Origin: Eledone cirrhosa | Lineage: Eukaryota | Assembly: GCA_964016885.1 (NCBI GenBank) | Contig: OZ024743.1 | Span: 280,302,001-280,366,000, forward strand | Direction: 5' to 3' | DNA: 64,000 nt | Part shown: positions 1 to 12,410 of the stretch, one piece after another | Position numbering within the stretch: the first letter of the stretch is position 1 | Layout: each line of letters opens with the position of its first letter | Made by a program: the position numbers and the translations under genes | Notes under the pieces: generated by a model | What the model was told of the DNA's origin: nothing | Seen by the model: only the letters and a program-made list of their open reading frames with translations | The model's database searches: none

Positions 1-239
1 TGGGTATAGTAATGGTGTTTGTATAAATATATTTGGTAATGTTGGGTATAGTAATAGTGTTTGTATTAATGTATGTGGTAATGTTGGGTATAGTAATGGT
101 GTTTGTATTAATGTATGTGGTAATGTTGGGTGTAGTAATGGTGTTAGTATTAATGTATGTGGTAATGTTGGGTATAATAATGTTGTTTGTATTAATATAT
201 GTGGTAATGTTGGGTATAGTAATGGTGTTTGTATTAATG

Positions 240-1310
240 TATGTGGTAATGTTGGGTATAGTAATGGTGTTTGTATTAATATATGTGGTAATGTTGGGTA
301 TAGTAATGGTGTTTGTATTAATGTATGTGGTAATGTTGGGTATAGTAATAGTGTTTGTATTAATATATGTGGTAATGTTGGGTATAGTAATGGTGTTTGT
401 ATTAATGTATGTGGTAATGTTGGGTATAGTAATGGTGTTTGTATTAATGTATGTGGTAATGTTGTGTATAGTAATGGTGTTTGTATTAATGTATGTAGTA
501 ATGTTGGGTATATTAATAGTGTTTGTATTAATGTATGTGGTAATGTTGGGTATAGTAATGGTGTTTGTATTAATATATGTGGTAATGTTGGGTATAGTAA
601 TGGTGTTTGTATTAATGTATGTGGTAATGTTGGGTATAGTAATGGTGTTTGTATTAATGTATGTGGTAATGTTGGGTGTAGTAATGGTGTTAGTATTAAT
701 GTATGTGGTAATGTTGGGTATAGTAATGGTGTTTGTATTAATATATTTGGTAATGTTGGGTATAGTAATAGTGTTTGTATTAATGTATGTGGTAATGTTG
801 GGTATAGTAATGGTGTTTGTATTAATATATGTGGTAATGTTGGGTATAGTAATGGTGTTTGTATTAATGTATGTGGTAATGTTGGGTATAGTAATGGTGT
901 TTGTATTAATGTATGTGGTAATGTTGTGTATAGTAATGGTGTTTGTATTAATGTATGTAGTAATGTTGGGTATATTAATAGTGTTTGTATTAATGTATGT
1001 GGTAATGTTGGGTATAGTAATGGTGTTTGTATTAATATATGTGGTAATGTTGGGTATAGTAATGGTGTTTGTATTAATGTATGTGGTAATGTTGGGTATA
1101 GTAATGGTGTTTGTATTAATGTATGTGGTAATGTTGGGTGTAGTAATGGTGTTAGTATTAATGTATGTGGTAATGTTGGGTATAGTAATGGTGTTTGTCT
1201 TAATATATTTGGTAATGTTGGGTATAGTAATAGTGTTTGTATTAATGTATGTGGTAATGTTGGGTATAGTAATGGTGTTTGTATTAATGTATGTGGTAAT
1301 GTTGGGTATA
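240..1310. repeat. Local 462-bp (11-monomer) tandem duplication within the satellite; boundaries approximate
   Basis: The rare variant TATATTAATAGT occurs at 509 and 971, and GGGTGT...GTTAGT at about 674 and 1136; both offsets are 462 bp. Confidence 0.85.
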
Positions 1311-3098
1311 GTAATGGTGTTTGTATAAATATATTTGGTAATGTTGGGTATAGTAATAGTGTTTGTATTAATGTATGTGGTAATATTGGGTATAGTAATG
1401 GTGTTTGTATTAATGTATGTGGTAATGTTGGGTGTAGTAATGGTGTTAGTATTAATGTATGTGGTAATGTTGGGTATAGTAATGGTGTTTGTATTAATGT
1501 ATGTGGTAATGTTGGGTATAGTAATGGTGTTTGTATTAATGTATGTGGTAATGTTGGGTATAGTAATGGTGTTTGTATTAATATATTTGGTAATGTTGGG
1601 TATAGTAATGGTGTTTGTATTAATGTATGTGGTAATGTTGGGTATAGTAATGGTGTTTGTATTAATGTATGTGGTAATGTTGGGTATAGTAATGATGTTT
1701 GTATTAATGTATGTGGTAATGTTGGGTATAGTAATGGTGTTTGTATTAATATATGTGGTAATGTTGGGTATAGTAATGGTGTTTGTATTAATGTATGTGG
1801 TAATGTTGGGTATAGTAATGGTGTTTGTATTAGTGTATGTGGTAATGTTGGGTATAGTAATGGTGTTTGTATTAATGTATGTGGTAATGTTGGGTATAGT
1901 AATGGTGTTTGTATTAATGTATGTGGTAATGTTTGGTATAGTAATGGTGTTTGTATTAATGTATGTGGTAATGTTGGGTATAGTAATGGTGATTGTATTA
2001 ATATATGTGGTAATGCTGGGTATAGTAATGGTGTTTGTATTAATGTATGTGGTAATGTTGTGTATAGTAATGGTGTTTGTATTAATGTATGTGGTAATGT
2101 TGGGTATAGTAATGGTGATTGTATTAATATATGTGGTAATGTTGGGTATAGTAATAGTGTTTGTATTAATATATGTGGTAATGTTGGGTATAGTAATGGT
2201 GTTTGTATTAATGTATGTGGTAATGTTGTGTATAGTAATGGTGTTTGTATTAATGTATGTGGTAATGTTTGGTATAGTAATGGTGTTTGTATTAATGTAT
2301 GTGGTAATGTTGGGTATAGTAATGGTGATTGTATTAATATATGTGGTAATGTTGGGTATAGTAATAGTGTTTGTATTAATATATGTGGTAATGTTGGGTA
2401 TAGAAATGGTGTTTGTATTAATGTATGTGGTAATGTTGGGTATAGTAATGGTGTTTGTATTAATATATTTGGTAATGTTGGGTATAGTAATAGTGTTTGT
2501 ATTAATGTATGTGGTAATGTTGGGTATAGTAATAGTGTTTGTATTAATGTATGTGGTAATGTTAGGTATAGTAATGGTGTTTGTATTAATGTATGTGGTA
2601 ATGTTGGGTATAGTAATCGTGTTTGTATTAATGTATGTGGTAATGTTGGGTATAGTAATGGTGTTTGTATTAATATATGTGGTAATGCTGGGTATAGTAA
2701 TGGTGTTTGTATTAATGTATGTGGTAATGTTGGGTATAGTAATGGTGTTTGTATTAATATATTTGGTAATGTTGGGTATAGTAATAGTGTTTGTATTAAT
2801 GTATGTGGTAATGTTGGGTATAGTAATGGTGTTTGTATTAATATATTTGGTAATGTTGGGTATAGTAATAGTGTTTGTATTAATGTATGTGGTAATGTTG
2901 GGTATAGTAATGGTGTTTGTATTAATGTATGTGGTAATGTTGGGTATAGTAATGGTGTTTGTATTAATATATTTGGTAATGTTGGGTATAGTAATAGTGT
3001 TTGTATTAATGTATGTGGTAATGTTGGGTATAGTAATGGTGTTTGTATTAATGTATGTGGTAATGTTGGGTATAGTAATGGTGTTTGTATAAATATAT

Positions 3099-6000
3099 TT
3101 GGTAATGTTGGGTATAGTAATGGTGTTTGTATTAATATATGTGGTAATGTTGGGTATAGTAATGGTGTTTGTATTAATGTATGTGATAATGTTGGGTGTA
3201 GTAATGCTGTTAGTATTAATGTATGTGGTAATGTTGGGTATAATAATGGTGTTTGTATTAATATATGTGGTAATGTTGGGTATAGTAATGGTGTTTGTAT
3301 TAATGTATGTGGTAATGTTGGGTATAGTAATGGTGTTTGTATTAATATATGTGGTAATGTTGGGTATAGTAATGGTGTTTGTATTAATATATGTGGTAAT
3401 GTTGGGTATAGTAATAGTGTTTGTATTAATGTATGTGGTAATGTTGGGTATAGTAATGGTGTTTGTATTAATGTATGTGGTAAGGTTGGGTGTAGTAATG
3501 GTGTTTGTATTAATAAATGTGGTAATGTTGGGTATAGTAATGGTGTTTGTATTAATATATGTGGTAATGTTGTGTATAGTAATGGTGTTTGTATTAATGT
3601 ATGTAGTAATGTTGGGTATAGTAATAGTGTTTGTATTAACGTATGTGGTAATGTTGGGTATAGTAATAGTGTTTGTATTAATATATGTGGTAATGTTGGG
3701 TATAGTAATGGTGTTTGTATTAATGTATGTGGTAATGTTGGGTATAGTAATGGTGTTTGTATTATTGTATGTGGTAATGTTGGGTATAGTAATAGTGGTT
3801 GTATTAATATATGTGGTAATGTTGGGTATAGTAATGGTGTTTGTATTAATGTATGTGGTAATGTTGGGTATAGTAATGGTGTTTGTATTAACGTATGTGG
3901 TAATGTTGGGTATAGTAATGGTGTTTGTATTAATGTATATAGTAATGTTGGGTATAGTAATAGTGTTTGTATTAATATATGTGGTAATGTTGGGTATAGT
4001 AATGGTGTTTGTATTAATGTATGTAGTAATGTTGGGTATAGTAATAGTGTTTGTATTAATGTATGTGGTAATGTTGGGTATAGTAATGCTGTTTGTATTA
4101 ATGTATGTGGTAATGTTGTGTATAGTAATGTTGTTTGTATTAATGTATGTGGTAATGTTGGGTATAGTAATAGTGTTTGTATTAATATATGTGGTAATGT
4201 TGGGTATAGTAATGGTGTTTGTATTAATGTATGTGGTAATGTTGTGTATAGTAATGGTGTTTGTATTAATATATGTGGTAATGTTGTGTATAGTAATGGT
4301 GTTTGTATTAATATATGTGGTAATGTTGGGTATAGTAATGGTGTTTGTATTAATGTATGTGGTAATGTTGGGTATAGTAATGGTGTTTGTATTAATGTAT
4401 GTGTTAATGTTGGGTATAGTAATGGTGTTTGTATTAATGTATGTGGTAATGTTGGGTATAGTAATGGTGTTTGTATTAATGTATGTGGTAATGTTGTGTA
4501 TAGTAATGGTGTTTGTATTAATATATGTGGTAATGTTGGGTATAGTAATGGTGTTTGTATTAATATATGTGGTAATGTTGGGTATAGTAATGGTGTTTGT
4601 ATTAATATATGTGGTAATGCTGGGTATAGTAATTGTGTTTGTATTAATGTATGTGGTAATGTTGGGTATAGTAATGGTGTTTGTATTAATGTATGTGGTA
4701 ATGTTGGGTATAGTAATGGTGTTTGTATTAATATATTTGGTAATGTTGGGTATAGTAATAGTGTTTGTATTAATGTATGTGGTAATGTTGGGTATAGTAA
4801 TAGTGTTTGTATTAATGTATGTGGTAATGTTAGGTATAGTAATGGTGTTTGTATTAATGTATGTGGTAATGTTGGGTATAGTAATCGTGTTTGTATTAAT
4901 GTATGTGGTAATGTTGGGTATAGTAATGGTGTTTGTATTAATATATGTGGTAATGCTGGGTATAGTAATGGTGTTTGTATTAATGTATGTGGTAATGTTG
5001 GGTATAGTAATGGTGTTTGTATTAATATATTTGGTAATGTTGGGTATAGTAATAGTGTTTGTATTAATGTATGTGGTAATGTTGGGTATAGTAATGGTGT
5101 TTGTATTAATATATTTGGTAATGTTGGGTATAGTAATAGTGTTTGTATTAATGTATGTGGTAATGTTGGGTATAGTAATGGTGTTTGTATAAATATATTT
5201 GGTAATGTTGGGTATAGTAATGGTGTTTGTATTAATATATTTGGTAATGTTGGGTATAGTAATAGTGTTTGTATTAATGTATGTGGTAATGTTGGGTATA
5301 GTAATGGTGTTTGTATTAATGTATGTGGTAATGTTGGGTATAGTAATGGTGTTTGTATAAATATATTTGGTAATGTTGGGTATAGTAATGGTGTTTGTAT
5401 TAATATATGTGGTAATGTTGGGTATAGTAATGGTGTTTGTATTAATGTATGTGATAATGTTGGGTGTAGTAATGCTGTTAGTATTAATGTATGTGGTAAT
5501 GTTGGGTATAATAATGGTGTTTGTATTAATATATGTGGTAATGTTGGGTATAGTAATGGTGTTTGTATTAATGTATGTGGTAATGTTGGGTATAGTAATG
5601 GTGTTTGTATTAATATATGTGGTAATGTTGGGTATAGTAATGGTGTTTGTATTAATATATGTGGTAATGTTGGGTATAGTAATAGTGTTTGTATTAATGT
5701 ATGTGGTAATGTTGGGTATAGTAATGGTGTTTGTATTAATGTATGTGGTAAGGTTGGGTGTAGTAATGGTGTTTGTATTAATAAATGTGGTAATGTTGGG
5801 TATAGTAATGGTGTTTGTATTAATATATGTGGTAATGTTGTGTATAGTAATGGTGTTTGTATTAATGTATGTAGTAATGTTGGGTATAGTAATAGTGTTT
5901 GTATTAACGTATGTGGTAATGTTGGGTATAGTAATAGTGTTTGTATTAATATATGTGGTAATGTTGGGTATAGTAATGGTGTTTGTATTAATGTATGTGG

Positions 6001-9000
6001 TAATGTTGGGTATAGTAATGGTGTTTGTATTATTGTATGTGGTAATGTTGGGTATAGTAATAGTGGTTGTATTAATATATGTGGTAATGTTGGGTATAGT
6101 AATGGTGTTTGTATTAATGTATGTGGTAATGTTGGGTATAGTAATGGTGTTTGTATTAACGTATGTGGTAATGTTGGGTATAGTAATGGTGTTTGTATTA
6201 ATGTATATAGTAATGTTGGGTATAGTAATAGTGTTTGTATTAATATATGTGGTAATGTTGGGTATAGTAATGGTGTTTGTATTAATGTATGTAGTAATGT
6301 TGGGTATAGTAATAGTGTTTGTATTAATGTATGTGGTAATGTTGGGTATAGTAATGCTGTTTGTATTAATGTATGTGGTAATGTTGTGTATAGTAATGTT
6401 GTTTGTATTAATGTATGTGGTAATGTTGGGTATAGTAATAGTGTTTGTATTAATATATGTGGTAATGTTGGGTATAGTAATGGTGTTTGTATTAATGTAT
6501 GTGGTAATGTTGTGTATAGTAATGGTGTTTGTATTAATATATGTGGTAATGTTGTGTATAGTAATGGTGTTTGTATTAATATATGTGGTAATGTTGGGTA
6601 TAGTAATGGTGTTTGTATTAATGTATGTGGTAATGTTGGGTATAGTAATGGTGTTTGTATTAATGTATGTGTTAATGTTGGGTATAGTAATGGTGTTTGT
6701 ATTAATGTATGTGGTAATGTTGGGTATAGTAATGGTGTTTGTATTAATGTATGTGGTAATGTTGTGTATAGTAATGGTGTTTGTATTAATATATGTGGTA
6801 ATGTTGGGTATAGTAATGGTGTTTGTATTAATATATGTGGTAATGTTGGGTATAGTAATGGTGTTTGTATTAATATATGTGGTAATGCTGGGTATAGTAA
6901 TTGTGTTTGTATTAATGTATGTGGTAATGTTGGGTATAGTAATGGTGTTTGTATTAATGTATGTGGTAATGTTGGGTATAGTAATGGTGTTTGTATTAAT
7001 ATATTTGGTAATGTTGGGTATAGTAATAGTGTTTGTATTAATGTATGTGGTAATGTTGGGTATAGTAATGGTGTTTGTATTAATGTATGTGGTAATGTTG
7101 GGTATAGTAATGGTGTTTGTATAAATATATTTGGTAATGTTGGGTATAGTAATGGTGTTTGTATTAATATATGTGGTAATGTTGGGTATAGTAATGGTGT
7201 TTGTATTAATGTATGTGATAATGTTGGGTGTAGTAATGCTGTTAGTATTAATGTATGTGGTAATGTTGGGTATAATAATGGTGTTTGTATTAATATATGT
7301 GGTAATGTTGGGTATAGTAATGGTGTTTGTATTAATGTATGTGGTAATGTTGGGTATAGTAATGGTGTTTGTATTAATATATGTGGTAATGTTGGGTATA
7401 GTAATGGTGTTTGTATTAATATATGTGGTAATGTTGGGTATAGTAATAGTGTTTGTATTAATGTATGTGGTAATGTTGGGTATAGTAATGGTGTTTGTAT
7501 TAATGTATGTGGTAAGGTTGGGTGTAGTAATGGTGTTTGTATTAATAAATGTGGTAATGTTGGGTATAGTAATGGTGTTTGTATTAATATATGTGGTAAT
7601 GTTGTGTATAGTAATGGTGTTTGTATTAATGTATGTAGTAATGTTGGGTATAGTAATAGTGTTTGTATTAACGTATGTGGTAATGTTGGGTATAGTAATA
7701 GTGTTTGTATTAATATATGTGGTAATGTTGGGTATAGTAATGGTGTTTGTATTAATGTATGTGGTAATGTTGGGTATAGTAATGGTGTTTGTATTATTGT
7801 ATGTGGTAATGTTGGGTATAGTAATAGTGGTTGTATTAATATATGTGGTAATGTTGGGTATAGTAATGTTGTTTGTATTAATGTATGTGGTAATGTTGGG
7901 TATAGTAATAGTGTTTGTATTAATATATGTGGTAATGTTGGGTATAGTAATGGTGTTTGTATTAATGTATGTGGTAATGTTGTGTATAGTAATGGTGTTT
8001 GTATTAATATATGTGGTAATGTTGTGTATAGTAATGGTGTTTGTATTAATATATGTGGTAATGTTGGGTATAGTAATGGTGTTTGTATTAATGTATGTGG
8101 TAATGTTGGGTATAGTAATGGTGTTTGTATTAATGTATGTGTTAATGTTGGGTATAGTAATGGTGTTTGTATTAATGTATGTGGTAATGTTGGGTATAGT
8201 AATGGTGTTTGTATTAATGTATGTGGTAATGTTGTGTATAGTAATGGTGTTTGTATTAATATATGTGGTAATGTTGGGTATAGTAATGGTGTTTGTATTA
8301 ATATATGTGGTAATGTTGGGTATAGTAATGGTGTTTGTATTAATATATGTGGTAATGCTGGGTATAGTAATTGTGTTTGTATTAATGTATGTGGTAATGT
8401 TGGGTATAGTAATGGTGTTTGTATTAATGTATGTGGTAATGTTGGGTATAGTAATGGTGTTTGTATTAATATATTTGGTAATGTTGGGTATAGTAATAGT
8501 GTTTGTATTAATGTATGTGGTAATGTTGGGTATAGTAATAGTGTTTGTATTAATGTATGTGGTAATGTTAGGTATAGTAATGGTGTTTGTATTAATGTAT
8601 GTGGTAATGTTGGGTATAGTAATCGTGTTTGTATTAATGTATGTGGTAATGTTGGGTATAGTAATGGTGTTTGTATTAATATATGTGGTAATGCTGGGTA
8701 TAGTAATGGTGTTTGTATTAATGTATGTGGTAATGTTGGGTATAGTAATGGTGTTTGTATTAATATATTTGGTAATGTTGGGTATAGTAATAGTGTTTGT
8801 ATTAATGTATGTGGTAATGTTGGGTATAGTAATGGTGTTTGTATTAATATATTTGGTAATGTTGGGTATAGTAATAGTGTTTGTATTAATGTATGTGGTA
8901 ATGTTGGGTATAGTAATGGTGTTTGTATAAATATATTTGGTAATGTTGGGTATAGTAATGGTGTTTGTATTAATATATTTGGTAATGTTGGGTATAGTAA

Positions 9001-12000
9001 TAGTGTTTGTATTAATGTATGTGGTAATGTTGGGTATAGTAATGGTGTTTGTATTAATGTATGTGGTAATGTTGGGTATAGTAATGGTGTTTGTATAAAT
9101 ATATTTGGTAATGTTGGGTATAGTAATGGTGTTTGTATTAATATATGTGGTAATGTTGGGTATAGTAATGGTGTTTGTATTAATGTATGTGATAATGTTG
9201 GGTGTAGTAATGCTGTTAGTATTAATGTATGTGGTAATGTTGGGTATAATAATGGTGTTTGTATTAATATATGTGGTAATGTTGGGTATAGTAATGGTGT
9301 TTGTATTAATGTATGTGGTAATGTTGGGTATAGTAATGGTGTTTGTATTAATATATGTGGTAATGTTGGGTATAGTAATGGTGTTTGTATTAATATATGT
9401 GGTAATGTTGGGTATAGTAATAGTGTTTGTATTAATGTATGTGGTAATGTTGGGTATAGTAATGGTGTTTGTATTAATGTATGTGGTAAGGTTGGGTGTA
9501 GTAATGGTGTTTGTATTAATAAATGTGGTAATGTTGGGTATAGTAATGGTGTTTGTATTAATATATGTGGTAATGTTGTGTATAGTAATGGTGTTTGTAT
9601 TAATGTATGTAGTAATGTTGGGTATAGTAATAGTGTTTGTATTAACGTATGTGGTAATGTTGGGTATAGTAATAGTGTTTGTATTAATATATGTGGTAAT
9701 GTTGGGTATAGTAATGGTGTTTGTATTAATGTATGTGGTAATGTTGGGTATAGTAATGGTGTTTGTATTATTGTATGTGGTAATGTTGGGTATAGTAATA
9801 GTGGTTGTATTAATATATGTGGTAATGTTGGGTATAGTAATGGTGTTTGTATTAATGTATGTGGTAATGTTGGGTATAGTAATGGTGTTTGTATTAACGT
9901 ATGTGGTAATGTTGGGTATAGTAATGGTGTTTGTATTAATGTATATAGTAATGTTGGGTATAGTAATAGTGTTTGTATTAATATATGTGGTAATGTTGGG
10001 TATAGTAATGGTGTTTGTATTAATGTATGTAGTAATGTTGGGTATAGTAATAGTGTTTGTATTAATGTATGTGGTAATGTTGGGTATAGTAATGCTGTTT
10101 GTATTAATGTATGTGGTAATGTTGTGTATAGTAATGTTGTTTGTATTAATGTATGTGGTAATGTTGGGTATAGTAATAGTGTTTGTATTAATATATGTGG
10201 TAATGTTGGGTATAGTAATGGTGTTTGTATTAATGTATGTGGTAATGTTGTGTATAGTAATGGTGTTTGTATTAATATATGTGGTAATGTTGTGTATAGT
10301 AATGGTGTTTGTATTAATATATGTGGTAATGTTGGGTATAGTAATGGTGTTTGTATTAATGTATGTGGTAATGTTGGGTATAGTAATGGTGTTTGTATTA
10401 ATGTATGTGTTAATGTTGGGTATAGTAATGGTGTTTGTATTAATGTATGTGGTAATGTTGGGTATAGTAATGGTGTTTGTATTAATGTATGTGGTAATGT
10501 TGTGTATAGTAATGGTGTTTGTATTAATATATGTGGTAATGTTGGGTATAGTAATGGTGTTTGTATTAATATATGTGGTAATGTTGGGTATAGTAATGGT
10601 GTTTGTATTAATATATGTGGTAATGCTGGGTATAGTAATTGTGTTTGTATTAATGTATGTGGTAATGTTGGGTATAGTAATGGTGTTTGTATTAATGTAT
10701 GTGGTAATGTTGGGTATAGTAATGGTGTTTGTATTAATATATTTGGTAATGTTGGGTATAGTAATAGTGTTTGTATTAATGTATGTGGTAATGTTGGGTA
10801 TAGTAATGGTGTTTGTATTAATGTATGTGGTAATGTTGGGTATAGTAATGGTGTTTGTATAAATATATTTGGTAATGTTGGGTATAGTAATGGTGTTTGT
10901 ATTAATATATGTGGTAATGTTGGGTATAGTAATGGTGTTTGTATTAATGTATGTGATAATGTTGGGTGTAGTAATGCTGTTAGTATTAATGTATGTGGTA
11001 ATGTTGGGTATAATAATGGTGTTTGTATTAATATATGTGGTAATGTTGGGTATAGTAATGGTGTTTGTATTAATGTATGTGGTAATGTTGGGTATAGTAA
11101 TGGTGTTTGTATTAATATATGTGGTAATGTTGGGTATAGTAATGGTGTTTGTATTAATATATGTGGTAATGTTGGGTATAGTAATAGTGTTTGTATTAAT
11201 GTATGTGGTAATGTTGGGTATAGTAATGGTGTTTGTATTAATGTATGTGGTAAGGTTGGGTGTAGTAATGGTGTTTGTATTAATAAATGTGGTAATGTTG
11301 GGTATAGTAATGGTGTTTGTATTAATATATGTGGTAATGTTGTGTATAGTAATGGTGTTTGTATTAATGTATGTAGTAATGTTGGGTATAGTAATAGTGT
11401 TTGTATTAACGTATGTGGTAATGTTGGGTATAGTAATAGTGTTTGTATTAATATATGTGGTAATGTTGGGTATAGTAATGGTGTTTGTATTAATGTATGT
11501 GGTAATGTTGGGTATAGTAATGGTGTTTGTATTATTGTATGTGGTAATGTTGGGTATAGTAATAGTGGTTGTATTAATATATGTGGTAATGTTGGGTATA
11601 GTAATGGTGTTTGTATTAATGTATGTGGTAATGTTGGGTATAGTAATGGTGTTTGTATTAACGTATGTGGTAATGTTGGGTATAGTAATGGTGTTTGTAT
11701 TAATGTATATAGTAATGTTGGGTATAGTAATAGTGTTTGTATTAATATATGTGGTAATGTTGGGTATAGTAATGGTGTTTGTATTAATGTATGTAGTAAT
11801 GTTGGGTATAGTAATAGTGTTTGTATTAATGTATGTGGTAATGTTGGGTATAGTAATGCTGTTTGTATTAATGTATGTGGTAATGTTGTGTATAGTAATG
11901 TTGTTTGTATTAATGTATGTGGTAATGTTGGGTATAGTAATAGTGTTTGTATTAATATATGTGGTAATGTTGGGTATAGTAATGGTGTTTGTATTAATGT

Positions 12001-12410
12001 ATGTGGTAATGTTGTGTATAGTAATGGTGTTTGTATTAATATATGTGGTAATGTTGTGTATAGTAATGGTGTTTGTATTAATATATGTGGTAATGTTGGG
12101 TATAGTAATGGTGTTTGTATTAATGTATGTGGTAATGTTGGGTATAGTAATGGTGTTTGTATTAATGTATGTGTTAATGTTGGGTATAGTAATGGTGTTT
12201 GTATTAATGTATGTGGTAATGTTGGGTATAGTAATGGTGTTTGTATTAATGTATGTGGTAATGTTGTGTATAGTAATGGTGTTTGTATTAATATATGTGG
12301 TAATGTTGGGTATAGTAATGGTGTTTGTATTAATATATGTGGTAATGTTGGGTATAGTAATGGTGTTTGTATTAATATATGTGGTAATGCTGGGTATAGT
12401 AATTGTGTTT
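3099..12410. repeat. Higher-order repeat domain A: five copies with periods 2268, 1764, 1974 and 1764 bp (54, 42, 47, 42 monomers)
   Basis: The marker string GATAAT/GCTGTTAGT/TATAAT ... AAGGTT/AATAAA ... ATTATT/AGTGGT recurs, with AAG at 3482, 5750, 7514, 9488 and 11252. ORF-track starts at 3099, 5367, 7131, 9105 and 10869 give the same spacing. Confidence 0.92.
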
